Position numbers and translations under genes: made by a program | Assembly: GCA_045837725.1 (NCBI GenBank) | Contig: JBEWZL010000238.1 | Coordinates: 62,001 to 126,000, forward strand | DNA from: Vermamoeba vermiformis | Taxonomy: Eukaryota | DNA: 64,000 nt | Direction of reading: 5' to 3' | Notes under the pieces: model-generated | Seen by the model: the letters and a program-made list of their open reading frames with translations, nothing else | The model's database searches: none | Told to the model about the DNA's origin: nothing | Shown: positions 41,635 to 54,514 of the stretch, piece after piece | Numbering within the stretch: the first letter of the stretch is position 1 | Layout of the letters: each line of letters opens with the position of its first letter

Positions 41635-41991
41635 AGCGTTGATCAAGTTTTCTAATCAGTTAATTTAATCACGCAATAATAAGCATTATTATCGGCAACT
41701 GATCGGATGTGGGCGCATAATCAAAACTGATTCGGTTGATTGGTCGCTTTAATTAAACAATAAATAATAGGCTGCTGTGCAGTTATATACACAGATATTA
41801 ATTAACTTTGAAACAAAAGTGACAAACCGGCTGTCATTGTGTGACACGTGTCACGTCAAAGCAAAAGTCACGTGTTCCCGTGTCATATTTGCACTCTACA
41901 TTTGCAGTTCGCAGGACAAATAACCAAATAAGGCAAAGAGCTCTTCAGGCAGTGACGAGCAGGCAGATCAAGGCCGGACAATGGCACGTGT

Positions 41992-43895
41992 TCACTCCCA
42001 CCAAAAGCTGACCGAGAACGAGGTCTCCAATGCGCGCAAATAGTGCCAGTATTTGGGTGGTATGTACAACACATCACCTGCGTGCAGTATGGTCTCGCTG
42101 TATTTCGCCTCTTTGAATTTTGGAAATCGGTCCAGATCTGGCTTCTCAACGTCCACCTGCCAAGACTTAGATGGGCCAATGATACCAATCAACAATGTAT
42201 ATATATACCTGACTCGTGTTGGATAGTATTTTGTCGTCGTGAGGATAGACTGGTTCGTTCGGGGCATAAAGGCGGATGTACTTGGAACCAACAGGCTGAG
42301 CGAGCAGATTGTGATAGGGATCTTGATGCAGCGGTGACACAGTGCCACCTGGCCCGTACCATGCGTGGACTATTAGTCTAGTGGTAACAGGTCATTGCTG
42401 TATTAGTCTAATTGAAACTAGATCCAGGACTTACTTATCTGTCTCTGAGAGGGACGTGTACTAAATGATAAGTCATTAGCACTATAGTACAATAATAATA
42501 CTGAGCTTTACCTCGGGTATCGTGAAGTCAGCTTTGAGCTTGGGTATCTGTTCGAACAGTTCAGTTTGGGCCACATAACCAATCTTGCCTGCATCTTCGT
42601 GATTGACTGGGGGCTGGTGATGTTATAGTAGTCGTATTAATATAGTTATATCATGCTATATTCACATCGTTAGTACCGTCTCAGCGGTGATGTACGTGTC
42701 AATGAACTGATTGAGTGGCATCATTTGCTGGCTCCAATCCTCGTGCACGTAATGCTGGCCAATCTCCACGGGCACAGTCCGATAGCCCGCGATACTACGC
42801 AGATAGGACTCGTCTTTCCAGCGCCACAGTGCGCGCCAGTGTTGGATCAGCTCTTCAATCACGACTGGTTCATTCAAGTCCATGTACTGTCTATTGCACT
42901 GCATGAGTCTCGTATTATAGTAGTGTATTCGCGTACTGTTTGAATGTCATCAATGAGGGGGGTTTAATGCGCTTGATCTGATGTTCTGCGTCAATCACTG
43001 GTGCGGACTTGATGCGACTCTGAAGCTGCACCAACATCTTAGTATTCAGCACTATAGTGCAATACTATTACTTACAGCCATGGCGTGCAATAGTCGCAAT
43101 CGTTTCTTCGGTGGCTCGTCTTGTTCGTCGAGCTGATCTGATTTGTATTTTTGGCCGAGTTGTCGCTCGTGTTCGACCGCTTTGTCCTCGTTATTATTTT
43201 TGTTATTATTCTCTTGAGCACTATTGTTGGTATTATTATTATTATTGCTTTGTTCTAATTCTACAATCAGCTCGGCATGCACGACATCCACGAGTTTGTG
43301 AATTAACTCGGCATAATGAGGTCCACCCATTAATAGTGCTTTATCTAATAGCTTAATTTGATCGATCTTGTCTGCATGCGTCACTTTGCCCGGGGAATGG
43401 AGGCCTAGCATTTCAATCACATTTAATTTCAGTCGAAAATAAATAAATATGAGCTTGATTTGTGTTAACAATACTCACGATCGATAAGAACGGACATTAG
43501 GCACGCTAGTGAGTACAGCTGTCTCCAAGCTAGTGCGACGTCTTTCCAATATCCCGTGTGCAATTGTTGCCAGCTGACTTCCAACAGCTCTTTGGCAATG
43601 ATGACTGCCTCTTGGTGATTGTTGTCTAATATGAATTGACATAGTTTGGTTATCAGGGGGACGCATGGTGCTCCGCCGTGGTCAATCAGATCTGAAAATA
43701 TTTCATTTATTTTAAATAATATTCTTTGCGATCTAATGCCGTAGTAGCATAGAAAATAAAACATAATTTTGAAAATTAAGTTCAATTAAATTTAACAATG
43801 ACCGTACCATTTTCGAATTGAGATCCACTAAACGAGCTCGCAATTTTCTCGACCTCGAGTTTGAAGTCTACTACTGGCGCCTCGTCTACATTCAT
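41992..43895 (-). CDS. JMJD5: JmjC 2-oxoglutarate oxygenase JMJD5/KDM8
   Basis: [64 protein letters not shown]. Confidence 0.93.
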
Positions 43896-44065
43896 AGTTG
43901 TCTACTGGTGTTAAAAAGTCAAGTATTGTCTTGTTGCATTTCGTGTGAAATTGACTGTCAATGAAAAGTCCATTGAATTATCAGCGATTAATTAATTGTG
44001 AATAACAAGCATTACCACAACCACACGGTGATAGCTATATATTGTATATATTGTAATATATTAAA

Positions 44066-47000
44066 ATGGGGGAAGCCTCTAGGCCCTCAGTCCCTCCACT
44101 GTCGTTATTGAAAGCAGATGGCGATAAAAAAGAGGAAGGAGCTGAAGACCTGAGTGTTAATAACGTCAATGTAAATAATACCGATGAACGCCCTTCACGA
44201 CGTAGTATTGACGTCTCTATGATTAAATTCCCTGCTGACGTGCAAGATCAGCTCGATAATTTTGACGCAACATACAGGCGCGATCCAACGGATTATAAGA
44301 ACTTGGTAAATATCGAAATATTATTTTATGCACTAAATATTATCTTATTTTCGTTACAGATACTCGTTGTAAATTTTGGGTGATTTTATTTGAAATTAAC
44401 GAATTTTTTATTAAGATCGATTGGGGAACCTGTTTGAGCAGGTATGGAGCTTCGGTATTGAAGAATTTAAAATCGATGGTACGTATAATATACTTTATTC
44501 CTATTTAAGCGTTACTTTTCATTCTTTTTTTGCATTATCCGATATTTAGGATCTAACGCTCCTCTCAGATGAAAAAATCAAAAGAAAAGAATAGACTACA
44601 ATGGATAGAAACGAAGGAAATATTATTCATGGCTTGCGTCAAATTTCAAGAGAGTTACAAACTGTCACCAGATCAGATTACGTTGCTCGAACAATGGGGC
44701 GATACACTACTGCTAATATCGACCAATTATCTCGTACCATTGCACGAGCTTGCATGCGAGAAGTTCATGCAGGTATGTAGCCGTTGCGAATCTTTTTTAG
44801 CTCGCTTTCTAAAATCGGATCTGACAGGCACTGAACATCAATCCAAATTCGAGCACATTGCACGCAAAATACGGTGTATCATTATCAAAGCGCGCGTATT
44901 ATCATCAGAAGCAGATGTTTGCAATCGCAGGTGCTAAGGGCGTAATGCCGGTGAATTTGACCAAGCCCGGCACGAGTCAGATCTGGACACCTCGCGAGCT
45001 GTACAATCTCGCAGACACACACTTTAATAAGGCTGTGGTGCTAGAGCCCGCTGAGTCCAAGAACTGGATTTATTGGGCCAAATCTCTACACGTATGTAAT
45101 TCTTTTTGAGGTCGATTGATTAACGTTTCCTTATTTAGATAAGACTCGAATTCGCACGTGACAGTCAAGCAGCAGTCATGCTCGGCAATGAGATTTCAGC
45201 GCGCTATCACCAGGCATTGGCTGCAAATGAGAACGACAGCAAAGTGTTGCAATTGTGGGCCAAGTCGATCGATCTGACCATCGAGCGGTACATTGGCCTC
45301 GCACCGTATCCTGAAGACAAGGGCCAGCAGGACTACTTGGCTGCCATGCTCGAGTTCTATTTGCATTGCTTTCAGACCTTTGCTGACTCGCGTAAGTGTT
45401 GACCATCAATCTGTGAGGATGCCATTACTGACTGACATCAGATCCGGTGCCTATTAAACCGCTAATTGCCTTTGCAATGCTCGATGACGACAAGATCAAC
45501 CAAATAGCGTATCAAGCACTGCGCGAGATATCACACAGCTGTCGCAATGAGAGCAACAAGATTGAAGCTGCGCGCAATGTGACATTTTTGGACACAATTT
45601 ACAAGACGCGCTATGAGATCAATCAGTCCAACAGACAAAAGGCGCTTGAGACCCTGGATGTAGGTCAAATAGTATCACATTTCGCTTGATTAATCATGTT
45701 ATGTTAGGCATTGCCGGACAAAGCACGTTCGCAAGTATCAAAAACACCTTTGACGGATCTAGATCTGATGGCTATTGGTCAATACTACGACATATTTCTC
45801 AACTGCGTGCACTTCTCGTTGCGCAGAATACTGGTCGAGGAGATGGAGCACGACACCAAGGCGAACAAGTTCTACGCCTTTCTCAAGCGCCGCAATCAGG
45901 CCCTGAAAAGCATGTCGAACAGAGACGTGGCACTGGAACGAAAAGATCTGCAGCTGATTAACAACAACAACAATGTGAATGTGAACAACGCTGAGGACCC
46001 CAATGAACCACCTTCACCGCGCGAGGGTGACCGATCAATATCAGCCTCGATGAACAGCTACAACAGTCAGATGAGTGATCAGATGAGCGGCACCAATCAA
46101 TCGCTCGGACTCAGAGGTCGACGTCACAGCGTGCTGGTGGCGAGACCGGCCAATGGCACGAGTTCAGTGAACGGCAAGAATTCGCCGGCTGAGAACACCC
46201 CGACTGGCCCGTACACTGGCACTGGTCCGCGTGAACGACGCAACAGTGAGCCGGTGCGACCGTCGATTGACATTGAAAAAATATTTAAATTGGAGGATCC
46301 GAGCTTGATTTACAAACACCGACAGCTCATTGGTAAAGGGTAAGTTGACAATAACAATAATAATCTGCACAAAATAATTTTATTAAAATGTGCGCGTGTT
46401 GAGCTTTATTACCATATTTGGAATATCACGAACGAAGATATTTATTACCAGCGAGTATAACCTCAACAAATTGCTAACGCTATCTATATAGTGGCTTTGG
46501 AAAAGTGTATATTTCAAAAGAAAAAGTTTCCAAAAAAACTGTAAGTTCGCGATCGGATCCTGGTTACTTTCACCTTAGCGCTAATCGCAGCTTATTAGTA
46601 TCGCCAAGTAGCGCTGAAAGTGAGCAAGAACAAAATCGAGACTCAACATCAATTGCAGTCAGTGGCGCATGAAATCAGCGCGTTGAGGGCGTGCAAACAC
46701 CGCAACATTGTAAATCTGCTCGACGCGTACATGTGGAATGGCCACGCTTGGATGGTGATGGAGTACTGCGATGGAGGAGCGCTGTCGACTCTATTGAAGG
46801 ACGTCGTGCTGACCGAACAAGAAATCGCGTACATTGTGCGCCAGATCACCGAGGGACTGCACTACTTGCACAGCCAGAAGCGTGTGCACCGCGACATTAA
46901 AGCAGATAATATCTTGCTCAATCTCAACGGCGAGGTGAAACTTGGTATGTCACAGATAAAATTATATTTCCGCGTGCGTACTGACACGTGCTAGCGGATC

Positions 47001-47588
47001 TTGGTCTTGTCGAAGAGTTGGAAGAAGAACCGACTACGACGAGCAGCACTAATGACGCGATTGAAGACAATAGACGTGACCTCACTAAACAACACAATCT
47101 CGGCATGGCTGGCTCGTGTTATTGGATGGCGCCGGTAAGTTTTGCCTCACAGAATTCGAATTATTTTTCTTATGCCTTTTTAGGAAATTATCAAACGCCA
47201 ACAGTTCGGCAGCAAAGTTGACATATGGAGTCTTGGCTGCGTATTATATGAACTCATCGCTCAAGAGCCGCCGTATCATGGTCTTGGTCCGCTCATGGTA
47301 AACTTGAGCAAAGATAAATTTCGCATTATTTAATCCTATAAATAGGCAATGTTCCGCACCGCTACGAAAGGACCTCCTGCGATCAAAGACCCGCGGAAGT
47401 GGAGCGACAACTTGATGGACTTTCTGCATCTGTGTTGGGAAGTGAATCCGCGTAACAGGCCCTCAGCCGGTGCGCTGCTAGAGCATCCGTTTTTCCACCA
47501 GAGCTACACCTTCAACACTATCAATCTGACCAAGAAACTCGAGACCGTATTTTTAGATGACGTTCTGCGGAAGGGCGGCATGATTTAA
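44066..47588 (+). CDS. STE20/PAK-like Ser/Thr kinase with N-terminal helical (TPR-like) region
   Basis: IGKGGFGKVY, VALK, WMVMEYCDGGAL, HRDIKADNILL, ADLG, AGSCYWMAPE, DIWSLG. Confidence 0.88.
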
Positions 47589-47980
47589 GGACGCCGATCC
47601 GAACCGGATCTCAAAGAGATTACTTTGCGCGAATTTATTTATTTTTTGGAATGTGCTTACTGTTCCTATCATGTAATATAGCTCAAGATAAAACCTTTCT
47701 CTCCCACAACGTCTTTTGAGTAACTAATGACGTACGTTCGATAAATATCTAAAATGGGAATCGACAAATCACGTGGTCGCGTGATTAACGTGTAAAAATA
47801 GCTTTGCACGCTACAATCTCGAAATGAAGTGCTAAATCCGGACTTAATCTCCGAAATACGGCTAAAAATAAAAGAATAAAATTTAATTGCACGCGGCAAT
47901 GCACGTGGTGGCGAAGATAAATAGCAAAATTTCACACGCATTATTCAAGCAAAAATCTGTACAATACAACACAACACAAG

Positions 47981-48640
47981 ATGAACAAGCTTGTCTTGAT
48001 CGCTCTTCTTGGCTTTGTTGGCCTCATCGCCGCTCAAGGCTTCTCTCAAAACTTTTACCAATTGCCTGAGGGAGTCATCTACAACGGCCCTCTCTTCGTC
48101 GGCTATCGTGGTCGCGTTCAACGTGCTTTCTTCTCCTTTGCTGAATCATACACTACTTGCAACAGAAACAAGATGATTGAAGTCTTCGACGAGGATGTGC
48201 TCTTCTCTTACCTCTTTGCTCGCTACAACGGTCTCACTGCTGCTTTGACCGACATCGATGGCTACTGCGTGCCCACTTCTCGCCCCAACAACGTCTCCGT
48301 CTTCATTGAAGCTGACGGCTTTGCCATCGACGCTGCTACCCGCAACGGTGCCGTCAAGGTCCAATTCAGACAAACCACTCAAGCTGGCGTCAGATCTGTC
48401 GTCAACGATATCTGGTTCGGCAAGACCAACTTCGATGGTACTCAATTCACCGAGTTCACTGAATGGTTGTCCGACTCTGTTCGCTTCTTGCAACAACAAG
48501 GTGTTTTGAACTACGACGAGGGTGCTGATCCTCTCTTGCCCTGGCCCACTTATGTTCCGGGCCGCTCTGGTTGCGCTCGCCGTATTACTCACACCTGCCC
48601 TGACGCTCCTTGCCAACCTTCTCAATGCCGTCGCCCTTAA
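47981..48640 (+). CDS. Secreted orphan protein (219 aa, intronless, Cys-containing C-terminus)
   Basis: Clear signal peptide; strong C/T-ending codon bias like VDAC and RPL9. Confidence 0.85.
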   Translation: MNKLVLIALLGFVGLIAAQGFSQNFYQLPEGVIYNGPLFVGYRGRVQRAFFSFAESYTTCNRNKMIEVFDEDVLFSYLFARYNGLTAALTDIDGYCVPTSRPNNVSVFIEADGFAIDAATRNGAVKVQFRQTTQAGVRSVVNDIWFGKTNFDGTQFTEFTEWLSDSVRFLQQQGVLNYDEGADPLLPWPTYVPGRSGCARRITHTCPDAPCQPSQCRRP

Positions 48641-48864
48641 GAATGTAAATTATACTTAAACTGTACTTCTATGTTCTATAAATGTACTTTTATGTCCCAC
48701 ATACCTTTGTCGTTCACAATGCAATATTTTAAGACCGTCTTCCAATTCGTACATTTTTTTCTGTTTGATCCAAGAAAGGAAATGGCACGTGGAAAAATCT
48801 TGTTGAGGTTATTTACCGAAGAGTCGCCCTATCCAGTTTTTTCAATAATTTGTTAATCAGCACC

Positions 48865-51800
48865 ATGGAAGATCAATTTTGTCGTGTGATTACTTTCTAT
48901 CTCAACGGAAAGAAAGTCACCGTAACGGATGCTGAGCCAGATATGACACTTTTGGCTTGGCTTCGTTCACCAGGTAATATATCTTGAAATATGTATTAAT
49001 TTAATGATAATTAATGAACGAGAACTTCATATAATGTTGGGAAATGAAACTAACCTCGGGATTGCATTTTAGCTGTTGGACTCACGGGTACCAAGTTGGG
49101 CTGTGGTGAAGGAGGTTGTGGTGCGTGTTCAGTATTAATATCTCATTGGGATGTTGAACGCAAGAAGATTGTGTATGTATTTTTCAATTTTAAAATAATG
49201 TTTTGAAAACTAATAATTGAAAAAATATGCATGAGAGCCGAAAAAATTGATTATTAATAATAATATGCACATGATAATTATATTAATTATATTATAGTCA
49301 CCGCGCTATTAACGCTTGCTTGGCTCCTTTGTGTTCGGTTGACGGATGTGCTGTTATCACCATTGAAGGCCTTGGTACTTCTAAGAATCTTCATCCCGTG
49401 CAAGTAAGTAATTGGTTAATAATCACCACGCTCCGAATACAAATTCTATTGTGGATCCACAATTTTGCAATTTGCAATGCCAAGTTCATAAACGAATTTT
49501 ATTTTGATTGGGCAAGGTTAAAATATCTCTAATATGAATATTTAAATTACGATTGCGCCAATGAATTGCAATAGCATCATTTTCTAACAATTGGACAGGA
49601 ACGGTTGGCCAAGTTCCACGGATCTCAATGTGGTTTTTGCACTCCAGGTAACCAGGATAGAAATTTATTAATAACCAGCACGTCATTAACATTATTATAG
49701 GCATTGTAATGGCAGTCTATGCGTTCTTGCGCGAACACCCCAATGCCACCCGAGCAGATCTGGAAGACTCGATGGACGGCAATTTGTGTCGATGCACTGG
49801 TTACAGACCTATTCTCGATGCTATCAAGACCGTAAGTACAGTGTTCATATTCATAACGCATTAGTGCTGGTGGTAGAGCTGTAATGTGTCCATACTAACC
49901 TCGTGCCTGTGCATCCAGTTCGGCAGTGACTACGGAGATTGTCCGCTCGAAGAACAGATCAAAACAACGCATGTTGAGGACGGCGAAGTGCCACATCAAC
50001 ACAGCCAACAGAAGAAGATCAAGGGTCAATTTGTCTGTCCCTCAAGTGGCAAGCCGTGTGACTGCGGCAAGGTAATTTCATCATAGTCGTGTCTTAATGA
50101 TTAATCAATCGCTAACAACACCAACAGACCTTTGCAGACGAAGAAAACAAGCTCGAAGACAAAGTGTTGCACGACGAATCAGCCGCACAGGCCGAGGCAT
50201 TGAGCGAACCAATCTTCCCGCCACAATTGAAGAAATACGAGCCTCAATCGCTGTGCATTCAAGGCAAGAACTGCGTGTGGTATCGACCTGTCAATCTCGA
50301 AGAGTTGTTGCAGTTGAAGGTTTGCATTAATTTTGACACTTTTGACACGCACCACCGAACTAACGTCAAATTCTGTCATAGAAAACTCACGGCAAGCTCG
50401 CAAAGTTGGTTGTTGGTGCCACTGAGATTACATTGGAAATGAAAATGTTTAATTACGGCATATTAATTGCTCCTACTGCTGTGCCTGAATTGAACAAGGT
50501 AGATCCCGACATTCGAGTTTGCAAACAGTGATGGCTAATTATTATTGCTAGGTTGAAATTACACCTGAAGGCATTAATGTTGGTGCTGCGGTTCCATTGA
50601 CATATTTGGTGCAAGTTTTGAAACAGCAAGTCGCATCTAGATCTGTAAGCAATTAACCCAATAATTTAAGCTTATTTAACTTCATAAAATGCAGGCGCAA
50701 GAGTCGTGGTTGTACAAAGCTTTGATTGAACAGTTCAGATGGTTCGCTGGTCATCAAATTCGGTAAGTGTTGCTTAGTGACCCTAACACTTTTTTGCTTT
50801 TTACTCTTGTTCATTTTGCTCTTGGTTTTTGTATTTATTATTTTATATCAGTAACGCCGCATGTCTTGGAGGCAACATTCAAACAGCGAGTCCCATTTCA
50901 GACATCAACCCGATTTTGATGGCTGCTGGTGCTAAAGTCACGCTTGGCTCTGCTGGTGGTATCAGACGAGTGGTCTCCATGAGCGAGGATTTCATTCGCG
51001 GCTACAGACAGGTACGTTGTAATATGTTTCAATACTGAACTCCAATGCTAATCTGAGCAATTAGACCTGTTTGGAGCCCGAAGAAGTAATCATCAGCGTG
51101 CACTTGCCCGCGACTCGTCCGCACGAGTACGTGATGGCCTACAAACAGAGCAGACGTCGCGACGATGACATTGCCATTGCTTCAGCCAGCTACAGAACTT
51201 TGTTTGAACAACGTAAGTCGTGTTCAGCTGACATGTAGTGCTTACTAACACCGCGGCACCACCAGAGGACAATCAATTAGTGGTGAAAGAGATGTACATG
51301 AGCTACGGAGGCATGTCTAAACAAACAGTGCGGGCCAAGCAGACCGAAGAGTACTTGAAGGGCAAGCCGTGGACCGAAGAGACGTTCAAGGGCGCACTGC
51401 ACTACCTCGAACTCGACTTGCCCCTCGAGCCCAATGCTCCTGGTGGCATGATTCTCTACCGCAAGACTCTCACCACCAGCTTCTTCTACAAGTACTTCTT
51501 GTTCTTGCAACAGGAACTCGCTGGTGCCGTGCCTGACAGCTACAAGAACATACTCGGCTCATTCCACCGTGAACTGTCTCGCGGCAATCAATACTACCAC
51601 GCGAATAAGTACGTGACATTAAGCATTGATACAAGAGTGATTCTAACAGACTGCGCTATTAGGCAGTCCTCGCAGATTGGTTACCCGCAAGTGCACGTAG
51701 CAGCACTCAAACAAGTGACGGGCGAGGCTATTTACACTGACGACATTCCTCAGCCCGCTAACGGACTCTACGGCGCATTCGTGTGGTCCACTAAGGCCCG

Positions 51801-54089
51801 CGCTAAGATTTTGGGCATTGATCCCAGCGAGGCCCTTAAAATGGAAGGCGTCCGAGATTTCCTTTCAGCACGTGACATCCCGGGCATCAATCAAGTCGGT
51901 ATTGTTGCACACGACGAAGAGATCATGGCCTCACAAGTCGTGCCGTGTGTTGGTTTCCCTGTTGGTCTCGTCGTTGCCAAGACACTGAAAATCGCTCAAA
52001 AGGCCGCCAAATTAGTCAAAGTTCAATACGAAGACTTGCCTGCTATTATCACTATCGACGTATGTTGACTAGAGCCATTATATTCCAATCCTTGCTAACG
52101 ATGTTAATGCTACAGCAAGCCATTGAAGCCAAGTCCTTCTTCCATCCCATTCACAAACTCGAGCACGGCACTGTGGACACTGCCTTCAAAGAGTGCGATC
52201 ACGTGCTCGAGGGTGAGATGCGTGTCGGTGGTCAAGATCACTTCTACCTCGAGACACACAACGCCCTCGCCATTCCCGGCGAAGAAGACGAGATGACAAT
52301 TTGGTCCTCGACGCAGAACCCCAACGAGGCCCAGTTGAAGGCCGCTGAAGCACTCGGTGTCCCCGCCAATCGCATTGTCGTGAAGATCAAGCGCATGGGC
52401 GGTGGATTTGGTGGCAAAGAAAGTCGTTCATTCACCGTGTCCTCTGCTGCTGCCGTAGCTGCGGCCAAGTTGCGCTGTCCAGTGCGCATCTGCTTGGAGC
52501 GCGATGAAGACATGTTCAGCACTGGTGGTCGTCATCCGTTCTTGGGCCGATACAAGGTCGGATTCAAGAACAACGGTCAAATCTTGGCCTTGCACGTTGA
52601 ACTCTTCGCCAATGGTGGTAACTCACTCGATCTCTCAATGGGTGTCATTGTAAGTGGAATTAATAGCCAAATAAGGCAAGTCTAACATCACTCGCAGGAC
52701 CGCGCCTTGTTCCACGTGACCAACACTTATCGCGTGCCCAATGTCCGCGCCGTGGGTCATATTTGCAAGACTAACACACCGAGCAATACTGCGTACGTTC
52801 AATATTACTTGCCTTTTTTGTCACATAGCTAATCTAATCTTTGCAACAGTTTCCGAGGTTTCGGAGCCCCGCAATCGATGATCATTTGCGAGACTTGGCT
52901 GGACCGCGTTGCCAAGCACTTGAACATGTCACCGACTGTTGTGCGCGACATGAACTTCATTAAGAATGGCGACATTACCTATTATGGTCAAACTATGGAA
53001 GACTGCCACAACATCCGAATTTGGAAAGAACTTTTGGACATCTCCAAGTACGAGGAGCGATTGACGCAAGTGAAAAAATTCAACGAGACTAGCCGCTGGA
53101 AGAAGCGCGGTATTTACTGCGTGCCCACTCAGTACGGCATGTCCTTCACTGTGAAACATTTGAACCAGGCCAATGCCATGGTGCACGTGTACATGGACGG
53201 CTCCGTCTCCGTCACTCACGCGGGCTGTGAAATGGGTCAAGGACTGCACACAAAGATGATTCAAATCGCTGCCAATGAGCTCGGCGTGCCTGTCGACAAG
53301 ATCTACATTGCTGACACGAGCACTGACCGTGTTGCCAACGGTGCACCCACAGCAGCAAGTGTGACGTCAGATCTCAACGGCATGGCTGTGCTCTTGGCCT
53401 GTCGTGAATTGCGTCGTACTTTGGAACCATTGCGCCGTCAACTTGGTGGCGAGGCTACGTGGCAACAAATTGCACGCGCAGCATGGATGGAACGCCTGCC
53501 ACTGACTGCTCACGGTCACTACGCCACGCCAGACTTGCACTTTGATTGGCAAGTTGGCAAGGGTCGTCCATTCAACTACTACAACCACGGAGCTGCGTGC
53601 AGTGAAGTCGAAGTTGACGTGTTGACAGGCGACTTCCAGATCTTGCGCACAGATATTGTGATGGATGTCGGCAACAGCATCAATCCTGCCATTGATATTG
53701 GTCAGATTGAAGGTGCCTTTGTGCAAGGTCTCGGTCTCTTCACCCTCGAAGAAGTTGTCACATTCGCCGATGGTCGCATGTTCACACGTGGTCCCTCAAC
53801 GTACAAGATCCCTGGCTTCAAAGACATTCCTCTCGAATTCAACGTGCACTTGTTGAAAGACGTGCCCAATCCTCGCGCTGTGCACAGTTCTAAGGGTGTT
53901 GGTGAGCCACCACTCTTCTTGGCTGCTTCTGTCTTCTTCGCGATTAAAGACGCGGTGGCTGCAGCGCGCAAAGAAACAGAGCGCGCAACTTGGTTCCCAT
54001 TGAACTCTCCTGCCACATGTGAGCGCATCCGCATGTCGAGCAAAGACGATTTCACCAAGCAATTTGATCCTAATGACACGCCTTATTAA
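48865..54089 (+). CDS. XDH: Xanthine dehydrogenase/oxidase (Moco, 2Fe-2S, FAD)
   Basis: [74 protein letters not shown]-type Glu/Arg substrate residues present. Confidence 0.96.
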
Positions 54090-54169
54090 ACAATAAAACA
54101 ATCTTTAAAATGAAAGCCAAAAAATAACCATATCGATTGCTAATGTTGCAATGGAACGATTGAAATTAC

Positions 54170-54490
54170 ACTGTATTCTCGTGGAGTCGGCCGAAAAAGG
54201 CTATTTTCGAAGGAATTATATGCTCGAACGAGTAAGTCCAAAAAAGCACCTCGTCATTAGATCGCGACGCAAAGGCTTTTGGTAAAGACAATTAATTACT
54301 TTTGCCAGAGGACTACCAGTAGCATCCACAACAAATCGTGTTTCATAAAATACTAGTTTTGACCAAGGAAGCAACACGGTTTTTAGTATCTTGTGCGTTA
54401 AAAAGCGTTCACAACTCGGAGCCAGGTCCGAAAGGATGAACGGCTAACACTCCCGGCGTCATACAGCTCAACTGAGTTTAGGCTGGTACA
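54170..54490 (+). ncRNA. Candidate structured RNA of unknown class (multi-hairpin, GAAA tetraloop)
   Basis: Chain of hairpins and long-range CTGTAT/ATACAG pairing between XDH and the convergent gene; see findings. Confidence 0.35.
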
Positions 54491-54514
54491 TACATTTACT
54501 AATTACTACATCAT

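Noticed and set aside
54415..54455. Hammerhead or HDV-like ribozyme (GTCCGAAAGGATGAAC; GGCTAA)
   Set aside because: The CUGANGA core and the HDV P3/L3 pseudoknot elements are missing
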